DNA of 34,764 nt, taken from the NCBI GenBank assembly GCA_045863235.1, contig BTUM01000082.1, forward strand, positions 1 to 34,764, written 5' to 3'. Made by a program: the position numbers and the translations under genes. Each line of letters opens with the position of its first letter. Position 1 is the first letter of the stretch. This DNA is from Candidatus Xenobia bacterium. Lineage in GTDB: Bacteria > Vulcanimicrobiota > Xenobia > Xenobiales > QWHO01. Below are positions 17,012-26,491 of the stretch, piece after piece. The notes under the pieces are model-generated. The model was not told where the DNA came from, ran no database searches, and worked only from the letters and a program-made list of their open reading frames with translations.

Positions 17012-17842
17012 TTGCAACCTTACGTGGGGCGCTTTGCGCCTTCTCCCACCGGGCCTCTGCACGAGGGCTCGCTGGTGGCCGCCCTGGCCAGCTGGCTGGA
17101 TGCCCGTTTCCACCGGGGGCGCTGGCTGGTGCGAATCGAGGACGTGGACGGCCCGCGCTGCTCTCCGGCCCACACCAGCACGATTCTCGAGCAGCTCCGG
17201 GGGCTCGGTCTGGATTGGGACGGGGAGCTGGTCTACCAGTCCGAGCGCGGGGCTCTCTACCGCCAGGCCCTGGAGGAGCTGACCAGCCGGGGCTGGGCCT
17301 ACCCTTGCGGCTGCACCCGCAAGCAGGTGCCGGGAATCTACCCGGGCACCTGTGCCGCGGGCTTGCAGGGTAAGACAGCACGCTCGACGCGCCTGCGGAC
17401 CCGACAGGGGGAGGAGGAGATCGTGCTCGATTGGCACGACCGCTGGCTCGGCCCCCAGCGTCAGAACCTGACGCGCGAGGTGGGCGACTTCGTGCTGCAC
17501 CGGGCCGATGGGGTCTGGGCCTACCAGCTGGCCGTGGTGGTGGACGACGCCGAGCAGCAGGTGACCCACGTGGTGCGCGGCCAGGACCTGGTGGACAACA
17601 CTCCCCGCCAGTTGCACCTGCAGCGGCTGCTGGGCTATCCCCAGCCCCGCTACCTGCATACGCCTCTGGTGCTGGCCGCCGATGGGCAGAAGCTGTCCAA
17701 GCAGACAGGGGCGACAGCGCTGGATCTGAGTGACCCCGTCGGGGCGCTGCAGCGAGCCGCCCGGGTGCTGGGGCTGCCAGCGATTCAGGCCGATACGCCC
17801 GCGGCCTGGTTGGAGCAGGCGACGCGGGCCTGGCCAGGATAG
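17012..17842 (+). CDS. gluQ: Glutamyl-Q tRNA(Asp) synthetase
   Basis: [44 protein letters not shown] and KLSKQ; short, with no anticodon-binding domain. Confidence 0.93.
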   Translation: MQPYVGRFAPSPTGPLHEGSLVAALASWLDARFHRGRWLVRIEDVDGPRCSPAHTSTILEQLRGLGLDWDGELVYQSERGALYRQALEELTSRGWAYPCGCTRKQVPGIYPGTCAAGLQGKTARSTRLRTRQGEEEIVLDWHDRWLGPQRQNLTREVGDFVLHRADGVWAYQLAVVVDDAEQQVTHVVRGQDLVDNTPRQLHLQRLLGYPQPRYLHTPLVLAADGQKLSKQTGATALDLSDPVGALQRAARVLGLPAIQADTPAAWLEQATRAWPG

Positions 17843-17928
17843 CGCCTGCAGGAGCAGCTCAACAGCGGATCAGTTCTGCCAGGAGTCCAACGACGCTACC
17901 TGTCACCAACTGCGGTTATCATTGTCCC

Positions 17929-18192
17929 ATGAAGCGATTGACCTGTCTCGCCCTGATCCTTGCACTTGCTCTCGCCGCTTTCGGCGAGGCCTATCGTGTG
18001 CGCGTCAAGCGCATCGGCCAGGACCTCTACCAAGACCTCAACACGGGTATCGTCATCCAGACTCAGTATTGTTACGAGTACAGCTACGGCGACGACGCCA
18101 TACTGGTCTGGGAAGGGGAATACAGCTTCAACAACAAGCTTATCTTCCAAGTAAGCGGCAACAGCTACCGAGTGCTAAAGCTCATGCGCTGA
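17929..18192 (+). CDS. Small secreted protein (87 aa, TQYCYEY motif)
   Basis: Sec signal peptide; TATCAT -10 ends 6 nt before ATG; lower GC than neighbours. Confidence 0.8.
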   Translation: MKRLTCLALILALALAAFGEAYRVRVKRIGQDLYQDLNTGIVIQTQYCYEYSYGDDAILVWEGEYSFNNKLIFQVSGNSYRVLKLMR

Positions 18193-18277
18193 GAGATTTC
18201 AGGCTCTCTGTTGGCGGGGCTCCCTGTCAGATCGGCCCGAGGACTTGTGCGCGCAGTTTCCCTGGTTGACAAGGTCG

Positions 18278-18353
18278 GGCTACACTCCCGCGCGTTGAGC
18301 TGTTCAGAATTGGAACGCGCGGGAGTGTAGACAATCTGTTGGACGGCGCCGCG
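18278..18353 (+). repeat. 76-bp palindromic dispersed element, copy 1
   Basis: 17-bp perfect arms CTACACTCCCGCGCGTT (18280-18296 / 18314-18330) plus a conserved tail; 74/76 identical to the reverse complement of 27310-27385. Confidence 0.92.
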
Positions 18354-18376
18354 GCTTTGCTGGACGCGGGGACACC

Positions 18377-19780
18377 TCAAGCCGTGCGGCTGAGCAGAAA
18401 GCCAGCCATGGCCGAGGCGATCAGATCCCCTTTGAGGGCTTCGGCGCGGCGCAGCAGGTCGGTCTGCTCGTTGCCCTCCACCAGTTGGCTCAGGCGCAGT
18501 AGGACGCGGGTTTGCAGATTGGGCTCGCGGTTGTGCTCCAGGGCAGCGCGCAAAGCCCTTACGGCGTCCTCGGGACGTCCCAGCGCCTCCAGTGTCACCC
18601 CCTTGCGGTAGAGCAGGGGAGGCAAGAGCGGTGCTTCGGCCAGCGCCTTGTCTGCCTCCCGCAGGGCCTGGTCCGGAGGCATGTGCTCGAGGTCCATCAG
18701 CGTCTCCCACACCTGGTGGCTCAGCCTTCCCTCGGCCAACTCGGTGGCCAGCCAGGCGTCGTTGCGCGAGTGAAACCAGCCCGGTGCCAGGCGCTCCACC
18801 TCGGCGTAGTGGTCCAGGGCCTCACGATAACGCTTGAGGTAGACCAGGGTGAGGCCGGCCATGAAACGGCAGTCGGGCTCGTGGGGATCGGCCTTCTGGG
18901 CCTGCAAGAAGCTCTCGAGCGCCTCCTCGAAGCGGGCCTGGCCGGCCAGCGACTTTCCCCGTTCATTCAGGCGACGCGATTCGCCCAGGCTGGCCTTGTT
19001 CCGCCGAAAACCAAACTGCACCCGGGCATCGCTCTGGTACTTCAGGTCGGAAAGCTCGACTTCCTGATCGTTGACCGTTGCCAGAATGCGCAGCAGGGGC
19101 TCGCTCTGGACCTGATCGGCGGCCCTGCGCCAGGTCTCCGAGCCGGTCAGGGAAGCCACCAGCAGCGCGTATTCCCGGGCTTTGTCGCGCCGATCGCGGT
19201 AGCGCTCGAGCTCGTAAAGCTCGCAATAGTAGCGGGCCATTCCTTCGCGATCATCGCGCTGACGGCATAGCTCCACGGCCTTCAGGGTGGCTTGCTCGGC
19301 CTGGTCGAGCTGGGCGAGGTGAAAATGACAGGCGGCCAGCGAGCCAAGCGTGTAGGGCATGAGCTGGTCGGCTCCCGGTCCGCTCAGGCCTTTCGTGTCC
19401 TCGTAAAGCTGCAGCAGATCCTCGCGAGCAGCCGTAAAGTCGCCGTGGTCCATCTTGAGCTGGGCCCGCTGCAGACGCACCTGCCACTGGCGCAGGGGAT
19501 TCTCCTCATCGGTGCCCTGCAGCAGCTCGAGCAGGCTGGTGTCGTTGAGTCGCTCGGCGAAAAAGCGGGCGATGGCGACTAGGCCGTTGCCGTAACGCTG
19601 GATCTGCTCGCGGTCCTGGCGCACCGAGTCGGGGGCGCGGCGCCAGTCGGGGAAGGCCTGCAGGATGGCCTGGTGGTTCTTGCGGCAAAGCTCGGCGAAG
19701 GTGCCAGCGTCGCCTCTCGCCACGGCGGCGAAAAGCTGCTCGCGCAGGTCGGGCTTCTTGCCGAACAGGTTGAAGAACAA
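18377..19780 (-). CDS. TPR repeat protein (467 aa)
   Basis: Multiple TPR-like units (LGSLAACHFHLAQLDQA, AGLTLVYLKRYREAL); TTG start uncertain. Confidence 0.85.
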   Translation of the reverse strand: MFFNLFGKKPDLREQLFAAVARGDAGTFAELCRKNHQAILQAFPDWRRAPDSVRQDREQIQRYGNGLVAIARFFAERLNDTSLLELLQGTDEENPLRQWQVRLQRAQLKMDHGDFTAAREDLLQLYEDTKGLSGPGADQLMPYTLGSLAACHFHLAQLDQAEQATLKAVELCRQRDDREGMARYYCELYELERYRDRRDKAREYALLVASLTGSETWRRAADQVQSEPLLRILATVNDQEVELSDLKYQSDARVQFGFRRNKASLGESRRLNERGKSLAGQARFEEALESFLQAQKADPHEPDCRFMAGLTLVYLKRYREALDHYAEVERLAPGWFHSRNDAWLATELAEGRLSHQVWETLMDLEHMPPDQALREADKALAEAPLLPPLLYRKGVTLEALGRPEDAVRALRAALEHNREPNLQTRVLLRLSQLVEGNEQTDLLRRAEALKGDLIASAMAGFLLSRTA

Positions 19781-19833
19781 GGCAAACGAGTTTTGCTATA
19801 GGCCATGAGAACCCCTCTCGCGAAGGGCGCCGG

Positions 19834-21468
19834 ATGGATGCTGACGCCATCATCGTGGGAGCGGGCCTGGCCGGACTGGTGGCCGCCTGCGAGCTTTCCG
19901 ACCGGGGCAAGCGAGTGATCGTGCTCGACCAGGAGCCCGAGCAGAGCCTGGGAGGGCAGGCCTTCTGGTCCTTCGGGGGGTTGTTCCTCATCGATTCGCC
20001 CGAGCAGCGACGGCTGGGTATCAAGGACTCGCTCGACCTGGCCGTGGCCGACTGGATGGGAACGGCCGCCTTCGACCGCCCCGAGGATCACTGGCCCCGA
20101 CGCTGGGCCGAGGCCTACCTGAACTTCGCGGCCAGCGAGAAGCGCGACTGGCTGCACGGGCTGGGGGTGCGCTTCTTCCCGGTGGTGGGCTGGGCCGAGA
20201 GGGGCGGCGGCCAGGCGGGCGGTCACGGCAACTCGGTGCCTCGCTTTCACGTCACCTGGGGCACCGGTCCGGGACTGCTCGAGCCCTTCATCCGCAAGGC
20301 TCGCGCCGGCCCGGTACAACTGCGATTTCGTCACCGCGTCAGCGAGTTGCTCGTCAACGCCGGTGTCGTCTGCGGAGTGCGGGGCGAGGTGCTCGAGCCC
20401 AGCTCGATCGAGCGTGGACAGGCCAGCTCGCGGGCGGTGGTGGGCGATTTCGAGCTGCGCGCCGGCGCCGTGATCATCACCTCGGGCGGAATCGGGGGCA
20501 ATCCCGAGCTGGTGCGCAAGAGCTGGCCCGCCCGCCTGGGCGAGCCTCCAAGGAGCATGCTGTCGGGCGTTCCCGAGCATGTGGACGGGCGCATGCTGGC
20601 CATCGCCGAGGCGGCCGGAGGCAGCGTGATCAACCCCGACCGCATGTGGCACTACACCGAGGGGATCCAGAACTGGAGCCCCATCTGGGCTCGGCACGGG
20701 ATCCGCATTCTGCCCGGACCGTCCTCGCTCTGGCTGGACGCCCGCGGCAACCGCCTGCCCGCGCCGCTCTTCCCGGGATTCGACACGCTGGCCACCCTGC
20801 GCCACCTGCGCAGCACGGGCTATGATCACTCCTGGTTCGTGCTCACCCAGAAGATCATCGAGCGCGAATTTGCCCTGTCGGGCTCGGAGCAGAACCCCGA
20901 CCTGACCAACAAGAGCTGGTTGGGGGTTCTGGGACGCATCTTGCCCGGGGCCCCCCCACCGGTGGAGGCCTTCAAGAAGAAGGGCCCGGACTTCGTAGTG
21001 GCCCGTGAGATCGGCGAGCTGGTCAGGGGGATGAACGCCCTGACCGAGGAGAGTTTACTCGACCCCGAGGCCATCGAGCGGATGATCCGGGTGCGCGACC
21101 TGCAACTCGACAACCCTTACGGCAAGGACCTGCAGCTAGCGGCTCTGCGCGGAGCTCGCAAGTATCTGGGGGATCGGCTCATCCGCGCCGCCAAGCCACA
21201 CAAGCTGCTCGACCCCCGGGCCGGGCCCCTGATCGCGGTGCGGCTGCACATTCTGACCCGCAAGACGCTGGGCGGTCTGCACACCGATCTCCAGGCCCGG
21301 GTGCTCGGGCCCGGCGGAGAGGCCGTTCCAGGCCTGTACGCCGCCGGCGAGGTGGCTGGCTTTGGTGGGGGAGGGATGCACGGATACAGCGCGCTGGAGG
21401 GCACCTTCCTGGGCGGCTGCCTGTTCTCGGGCCGGGTGGCGGGACGGGCGGTAGCCGGGCAGGCTTGA
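19834..21468 (+). CDS. FAD-binding dehydrogenase (COG3573, KsdD-like)
   Basis: IIVGAGLAGLVAA, GGQAFWSFGG, NSVPRFH.TWGTG, RKTLGG, GLYAAGE and LEGTFLGGC. Confidence 0.95.
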   Translation: MDADAIIVGAGLAGLVAACELSDRGKRVIVLDQEPEQSLGGQAFWSFGGLFLIDSPEQRRLGIKDSLDLAVADWMGTAAFDRPEDHWPRRWAEAYLNFAASEKRDWLHGLGVRFFPVVGWAERGGGQAGGHGNSVPRFHVTWGTGPGLLEPFIRKARAGPVQLRFRHRVSELLVNAGVVCGVRGEVLEPSSIERGQASSRAVVGDFELRAGAVIITSGGIGGNPELVRKSWPARLGEPPRSMLSGVPEHVDGRMLAIAEAAGGSVINPDRMWHYTEGIQNWSPIWARHGIRILPGPSSLWLDARGNRLPAPLFPGFDTLATLRHLRSTGYDHSWFVLTQKIIEREFALSGSEQNPDLTNKSWLGVLGRILPGAPPPVEAFKKKGPDFVVAREIGELVRGMNALTEESLLDPEAIERMIRVRDLQLDNPYGKDLQLAALRGARKYLGDRLIRAAKPHKLLDPRAGPLIAVRLHILTRKTLGGLHTDLQARVLGPGGEAVPGLYAAGEVAGFGGGGMHGYSALEGTFLGGCLFSGRVAGRAVAGQA

Positions 21469-21497
21469 GCGCGGGTTGGGAGCGCACGACCCGATGC

Positions 21498-21908
21498 CTA
21501 TTCGACGACCACCGTGAACGAGAAGTCGCTCGGATTGTCTTTGGGCGCAAAGACTCGCATGTAGGTCATGGTCACTGTCGCGGTCCCGACACCCGTCGCC
21601 TGGTAGACCCATGTCTCCGTGCCGGGAGCGCCGACCACGGGTTCTTCATCCTTCCCCGGGTCCGCGGCAGCATCGTGCTGGGAGGAGAGCATCTTGACGA
21701 CCTTCGGATCGGGAGGCGTCGGGAGAGTCCACTGGTAGCCGGTGGAGGGGTTCGACTCGAGTCGCACCGTAATTCTTGTGCCGGGCGCGACCTTGATCGT
21801 CTTCCCGTTGTCGCTTGACAACAGCGTCACATCCTCCGGGGAGGCGTTGCCGGCACAAATCAGGAGCACCGCCAGAATGAGGGTTTGAATCGTATGTCGA
21901 GTCTTCAT
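21498..21908 (-). CDS. Chagasin/ICP (MEROPS I42) protease inhibitor family protein
   Basis: Signal peptide; LESNPSTGYQW and VGAPG loops; YMRVF in place of the usual Y.RPW. Confidence 0.9.
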   Translation of the reverse strand: MKTRHTIQTLILAVLLICAGNASPEDVTLLSSDNGKTIKVAPGTRITVRLESNPSTGYQWTLPTPPDPKVVKMLSSQHDAAADPGKDEEPVVGAPGTETWVYQATGVGTATVTMTYMRVFAPKDNPSDFSFTVVVE

Positions 21909-22151
21909 TGCCCTCAGGTTTGACGGGGCATGGTGGTCTCCTCTGGACAGGCTTCACCACGTTTCTGTGCGACAAATGAGGCCAGATCGGCGGGCCCCGC
22001 CGCCCCAAGAAATTGAATCTTCTTCCAGCTCAGGCGGGAATCCCATCCCCACGCGGCGCGGCGCGCTGTTCCCCCGGCACTTCCTCTCCGGGCAGGAAAT
22101 TGAACATTTTACGGCGAACATCGTCACCAGCTTGCCCGGAGGATTTGCCGC

Positions 22152-23096
22152 GTGAAGACCCGAGTCTTGAGTGCCTGTTTCCTGCTCGCCCTGGCCCTGC
22201 CCTCAGTGGCCCAGGCGCCCGCCGAGACGCCGTCCGCCGCTCCTTCGGCTCAATCGAAGCAAGCCCAGACCGACTACCGCTACTACAAGGTGACCGACAG
22301 CGACACCGTCGACACCATCTGCATGCTGAACAACTGCGATGCCCGCACCCTGCTGTCGCTGAATCCCCAGCTGAAGCTGCGACGGCCGCAGGAGCTGGGG
22401 GTGGTGTTCGTTCCCTGTCCGCCCCCCCCGCCTCCCCGCAAACGCAAGGCCAAACCGGTCGAGGTCGTGGAGTCGGAGCGCATCGATGCCAACACCCCCG
22501 ACGATCTGACCGACGATGAGATCGCTTTGTTGATCGAGCAGGCCATGGGCAAGAATGCGGGCCGGGGCCCGGTGGGGGCGGCTTTCCCCCAGCATCGCAA
22601 CCTCTTTTATGGCAGCGACGGGCGCGTGGTGGAGATCCCCAGTGCCGCCCCTCCGCCGCCGCCTCCTTCGGCGAGCAAGGACCGCAGGCGCACTCTGGCT
22701 TCGCGCCGGGGCCGGGCCATCGGCGGCCTGCTCGGCACGGCCAAGCGCTACATGGGCGTCCCCTACGTGTGGGGCGGCGAGGACCCGACCGGCTTTGACT
22801 GCTCGGGCTTCCTGCAGCACGTCTACGCTCGCCACGGCGTCATGCTGCCGCGCACCGCCGACCTGCAGTTCAACGTCGGCATGAAAGTGGCCCGTGGCAA
22901 GGAGCAGCCGGGCGACATGGTCTTCTTCGAGACCTACTGCCCCGGTCCGTCCCACTGCGGCATCTATATCGGGCGCGGCTACTTCATCCACGCCTCGTCC
23001 TCGCGCGGGGTCACCATCGCCAATTTGAGCGAGGACTTCTTTGCCAGCCGTTACCTCGGCGCCAAGCGGGTGATCGGCGGGAACCGACGCCGCTGA
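22152..23096 (+). CDS. NlpC/P60 (C40) peptidase with signal peptide and LysM-like domain
   Basis: YVWGG...GFDCSG, HCGIY and FIHASS; N-terminal YKV...DTVDTI...LLSLNP. Confidence 0.93.
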   Translation: MKTRVLSACFLLALALPSVAQAPAETPSAAPSAQSKQAQTDYRYYKVTDSDTVDTICMLNNCDARTLLSLNPQLKLRRPQELGVVFVPCPPPPPPRKRKAKPVEVVESERIDANTPDDLTDDEIALLIEQAMGKNAGRGPVGAAFPQHRNLFYGSDGRVVEIPSAAPPPPPPSASKDRRRTLASRRGRAIGGLLGTAKRYMGVPYVWGGEDPTGFDCSGFLQHVYARHGVMLPRTADLQFNVGMKVARGKEQPGDMVFFETYCPGPSHCGIYIGRGYFIHASSSRGVTIANLSEDFFASRYLGAKRVIGGNRRR

Positions 23097-24055
23097 ACCG
23101 GCGCGACTTTTTGCTCGGCACGGCGGCCCTGGGGGCCGCCGTTTCGCTTCCCGCCCTTGCCGAGGTGCCCCTTCGCATCCAGTGCTCGGACCTTTCTCAG
23201 GCCGAGCAGCGCAAGGTCGTGGCCGATCTGAAGGCCCTCACGGGCGGCCCCCGGCAGCCTCCGGCCGAGCGGCTCGAGTCGGGGCGGCGCTGGCTGGCCG
23301 GCCTGGAGACCCCGGCCGGTGAGTGGCTCGAGCTTCCCGATGGGCCCCGAGTGCGCGTCCTGCAAGCCCGGAGCCCGCGAGGAGCGCTGCTGCAGCTGCA
23401 CGGCGGCGGCTGGTGCCTGGGCGCGGCCACCAGTGGCGAGGAGCAACTGGCCCGGCTCTCGCTGGCCACCGGGTTGACCGTCGTGAGCGTGGACTACCGG
23501 TTGGCCCCCGAGCACCCCTTTCCGGCCGGCCCCGAGGATTGCCTGAAGGCGGCTCGCTGGCTGCTCGAAAGCGAGCTGGGGGCAGGCAAGCTCTACTTGC
23601 GGGGCTCCTCGGCGGGGGCCCACCTGGCCGTCTCAACGCTGGTTGGGTTGGGCGCAAAGGCGGCTCGCTTCGCGGGCGCGGTGCTCTACTACGGGGTCTA
23701 CGACCTGGCCGGCACACCATCCCGGCTGCTGGCCGCGGATGAAGACCATCCCGACCTTGCTCCTACCTCGATGGAGGAATACACGCGCTGGTTTCTGCCT
23801 ACGGGCACCGATCGCCGCCGGGGCGACGTCTCGCCGCTTTATGCCCGGCTGGAGGATCTGCCCCCGGCCTTGATGCTGGTGGGAACGCAGGACATCCTGC
23901 TGGACGACAGCCTGTTCCTGGCTGCCCGCTGGGGCGCGGCCGGCAGTGAGGTGGATCTGGTGATCTATCCGAACGCGCCTCACGGATTCGACGGCTATCC
24001 CACCGAGATGGCCCGCGACGCGCAGGCTCGCGAGGTGGCTTTTCTGAAGGCTTGA
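23093..24055 (+). CDS. Tat-exported alpha/beta hydrolase (HSL/family IV esterase); start probably CTG 23093
   Basis: HGGGW, DYRLAPEHPFP, GSSAG, D and HGF; in-frame NRRDFL precedes the TTG at 23111. Confidence 0.88.
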   Translation: MNRRDFLLGTAALGAAVSLPALAEVPLRIQCSDLSQAEQRKVVADLKALTGGPRQPPAERLESGRRWLAGLETPAGEWLELPDGPRVRVLQARSPRGALLQLHGGGWCLGAATSGEEQLARLSLATGLTVVSVDYRLAPEHPFPAGPEDCLKAARWLLESELGAGKLYLRGSSAGAHLAVSTLVGLGAKAARFAGAVLYYGVYDLAGTPSRLLAADEDHPDLAPTSMEEYTRWFLPTGTDRRRGDVSPLYARLEDLPPALMLVGTQDILLDDSLFLAARWGAAGSEVDLVIYPNAPHGFDGYPTEMARDAQAREVAFLKA

Positions 24056-24086
24056 GCCAGGCGAGGGACCGCGCGTTGGTGGCCGG

Positions 24087-25490
24087 TCAGCTTTTGGGCG
24101 TCTCGACTTCCCAGTCGCGCTTGCGCAGCTTGAGCCGCACCCCTCCCACCACCATCTGCCCGTCCTTCTCGCCGATGGCGGTGGTCTCGCCGGCTCCGGC
24201 GGCGGCCCGGGCCATGGCCAGCAACGACCCCGAGGCCGGGGCGGGAAGCTGCTCCAGGCTCCGCAGAGTGGAGCGGATCAGCTCGATATCCTCATTGTAG
24301 GATTCGGAACGAGCCAGCTGACCATCCAGGCGCTGGCACAGGGTTGTCACCTCGGGGGTGGCGTAGAGTGCTCCGATGGCCTGCAGGGCGGCCTGGCCCG
24401 AGCGGGAGGCGCTGCGCAGGTTGATGGCCGCGGCCGCTTCGGTCATGCGCTCGGCCACCGTGCTGGCCGAAGGACGAGGCGATTCGGCCAGGGCCAGGGT
24501 GGCCACGCGGCACACTTCGAACTGGGCCAGGTGGGTGCTGCTCTGGCTGGCGGCCGCCAGGGCCATGGAGGCCACCGGCTCGTGCTCGAGCTGGCCTTTG
24601 AATTGCGACAGGGCCAGGGTGGCCACCTCGCTCTTGTCGATGGGGCTGGGCGGATAAAGGCTCAGGGTCTGGTTGACCCGGTTGAAGACCGAGAGCGCGT
24701 CCGTCTTGCCAGCGTCGAAGTCTTCCAGCACCGAGCGGGCCACCATCAAGCAGACCTTGTAGTCGCGGCACTTTTCCAGCATTTCCAGGGCCACCCTGGA
24801 GACCGCCGCCTGCTCGGGTTTCTGGGAGGCTTCCTGCAAGAGCTCGGTGGCTCGAGCGTAGCTGGCTTGCACTCCGGCGACCCGGTCGAGTCGGCTGAGG
24901 TAGCCTTCCGGGGCGGCCGGAGCCGGGGCCGGCCCCTGGCTGATCGAGGTGAGGGCTTCCTTGTAGAGTCGAGCGTCCTGGTTATGAGTGCGGTTGAAGG
25001 TAGACTGGTGCAGCGCCTGGCCGGCCTCGGGATGCTGGCTCAGCTCGCGACAGGCCAGCTCGCCGATCTTGGCGTGGTCGGCCTGGAACCGCTCGCAGGC
25101 GCTCATCATCTCCAGTGCCAGGGGCGCGATCAGACCGTTCGCGAAAGGCTCGGGCTGCTTGAGCGCGGCCCGGTAGAGAGCCCACTCGGAGTCGTAGCCG
25201 GTCACCGCTGCTCCGGCCTGGATGCAAAAGCCTGCCGCCACCTGGCAGGCGGTGCGCTGGGAGAGATACTCCATGGCGGCGCGGCCCAGGGTGACCTTGG
25301 CTTTTGTGTCTTTGCCAAAGTCGGACATCCGCAGGGCCTGGGAATACAGCTCGCGCCCTTCGACGGCTTTGTCGGGCTCTTTCTGGTAGCGGTCGGACAA
25401 CTCGCCCAGCATCGAGCGCGTGGACGGGTCGGGCGCCACCACTTGCAGGTGTTGCGCCAGGCCAGCCAGATCGCGGTGGAGCACGTTCAC
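24087..25490 (-). CDS. Helical-repeat orphan (467 aa) ending in IGEKDGQMVVGGVRLKLR
   Basis: Long ORF with GC3 bias; GTG start 6 nt after TAGACT; no SD and no signal peptide. Confidence 0.85.
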   Translation of the reverse strand: MNVLHRDLAGLAQHLQVVAPDPSTRSMLGELSDRYQKEPDKAVEGRELYSQALRMSDFGKDTKAKVTLGRAAMEYLSQRTACQVAAGFCIQAGAAVTGYDSEWALYRAALKQPEPFANGLIAPLALEMMSACERFQADHAKIGELACRELSQHPEAGQALHQSTFNRTHNQDARLYKEALTSISQGPAPAPAAPEGYLSRLDRVAGVQASYARATELLQEASQKPEQAAVSRVALEMLEKCRDYKVCLMVARSVLEDFDAGKTDALSVFNRVNQTLSLYPPSPIDKSEVATLALSQFKGQLEHEPVASMALAAASQSSTHLAQFEVCRVATLALAESPRPSASTVAERMTEAAAAINLRSASRSGQAALQAIGALYATPEVTTLCQRLDGQLARSESYNEDIELIRSTLRSLEQLPAPASGSLLAMARAAAGAGETTAIGEKDGQMVVGGVRLKLRKRDWEVETPKS

Positions 25491-25496
25491 GCCGAG

Positions 25497-25528
25497 AGTC
25501 TACCCGGAAGCCCTCAAAGAAGGCTAAA
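25497..25528 (-). promoter_or_regulatory. Putative leaderless promoter similar to the one at 12850-12881
   Basis: TTTAG-N6-TTGAG then CGGG-TAGACT; 20/31 ungapped identity with the 12850-12880 segment. Confidence 0.5.
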
Positions 25529-25721
25529 CCGGGGGCTCGGCCAGCGAGCAGGTTTCGCTGGTGGGATCGAAGACCAGCCTCAGCTTTCCCGATTCCAGGG
25601 CTGCCCGCATCGTCTTCACCTTGTCCGCCACCGGGGTCAGCTCGGTGCCGTCCCGAGAAGCGATCTCCTCGAGCAGCCCCTGGAGCGCCTCGGGACTCAA
25701 GTCGCGAAAAGGGATCTCCAT
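25524..25721 (-). CDS. YheU (UPF0270) family protein
   Basis: MEIPFRDLSPEALQGLLEE..SRDGT...L.SG...LVFD..SETC. Confidence 0.88.
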   Translation of the reverse strand: MEIPFRDLSPEALQGLLEEIASRDGTELTPVADKVKTMRAALESGKLRLVFDPTSETCSLAEPPV

Positions 25722-25772
25722 TCGGGCCCCTTTGGCGCAGGAGTTGGATCGGCCTGCAAGGTATTTCCCTGC

Positions 25773-26054
25773 ATGCCCAGAGCAGTCTGGAACGGACAGG
25801 TGATCGCCGAGAGCGACGACACGGTGGTGGTGGAAGGCAATCACTACTTTCCGCCCCAGAGCGTGAAGGCCGAGTTCCTTCGGCCCAGCTCCCACACCAG
25901 CACCTGCTTTTGGAAAGGGACGGCCCACTACCACGACCTGGAGGTAGGGGGTCAGCGCAACCCTCAGGCTGTCTGGTTCTATCCTGACCCCAAGCCGGCG
26001 GCAGAGCAGATTCGCGGTCGTCTCGCCTTCTGGAAGGGCGTGACGGTGTCCTGA
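25773..26054 (+). CDS. DUF427 domain protein
   Basis: AVWNGQVIAESDDTVVVEGNHYFP, C.WKG.A.Y and AVWFYP.PK. Confidence 0.93.
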   Translation: MPRAVWNGQVIAESDDTVVVEGNHYFPPQSVKAEFLRPSSHTSTCFWKGTAHYHDLEVGGQRNPQAVWFYPDPKPAAEQIRGRLAFWKGVTVS

Positions 26055-26486
26055 ATGGCGTCTTCTCTGTACAAGACGATCCTGGTGCCGCTGGACGGCT
26101 CGGGCCTGGCCGAGCTGGCCGCGGTGCATGCCGCCGAGCTCTCGCGTCTGGCCTCGGCCCGACTCGTCTTCGTGCGCGTGGTCGCCTCCGGCAAAGGGGT
26201 TCGGCAAGCGGCCGACTATCTCTTCCGGGTCAATCAGGAAGCTCACTATGAAGGGCTCAAGACTGATGGGATGGTCAAGAAGGGCGACCCCGCCGAGCAG
26301 ATCGTGCTGGCAGCGGCCGAGACCGGAGCCAACATGATCGTGCTCAGCTCCCACGGCCGCACCGGTATCTCCCGTCAGGTCTTCGGCAGCGTGGCCGAGG
26401 CCGTGGTGCGCCTGGCCCCCTGCCCGGTGATGGTGGTCAAGGCTTCGCCCAGCTTGCCCGACGAAGAGCGTCGCCAGACCGCCTGA
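26055..26486 (+). CDS. Universal stress protein
   Basis: ILVPLDGS, GDPA..I, IVLSSHGRTG and FGSVAEAVVR.APCPVMVV. Confidence 0.95.
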   Translation: MASSLYKTILVPLDGSGLAELAAVHAAELSRLASARLVFVRVVASGKGVRQAADYLFRVNQEAHYEGLKTDGMVKKGDPAEQIVLAAAETGANMIVLSSHGRTGISRQVFGSVAEAVVRLAPCPVMVVKASPSLPDEERRQTA

Positions 26487-26491
26487 TCGGC

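Noticed and set aside
15450..17381. 643-aa minus-strand ORF
   Set aside because: Antisense to the 492-aa gene and gluQ
17012..17842. Full glutamyl-tRNA synthetase (gltX)
   Set aside because: Only 276 aa and lacks the anticodon-binding domain; fits gluQ
18278..18353. Integron attC site
   Set aside because: A GTYCAAC/GTTGRAC box exists on one side only, the arms are perfect without extrahelical bases, the two copies are inverted, and there is no integrase
21990..22150. c-di-AMP (ydaO) riboswitch upstream of NlpC/P60
   Set aside because: The context fits, but I could not find the conserved GGGGxGAAU and CCGUCAGCUAAC-like segments; an Infernal search would settle it
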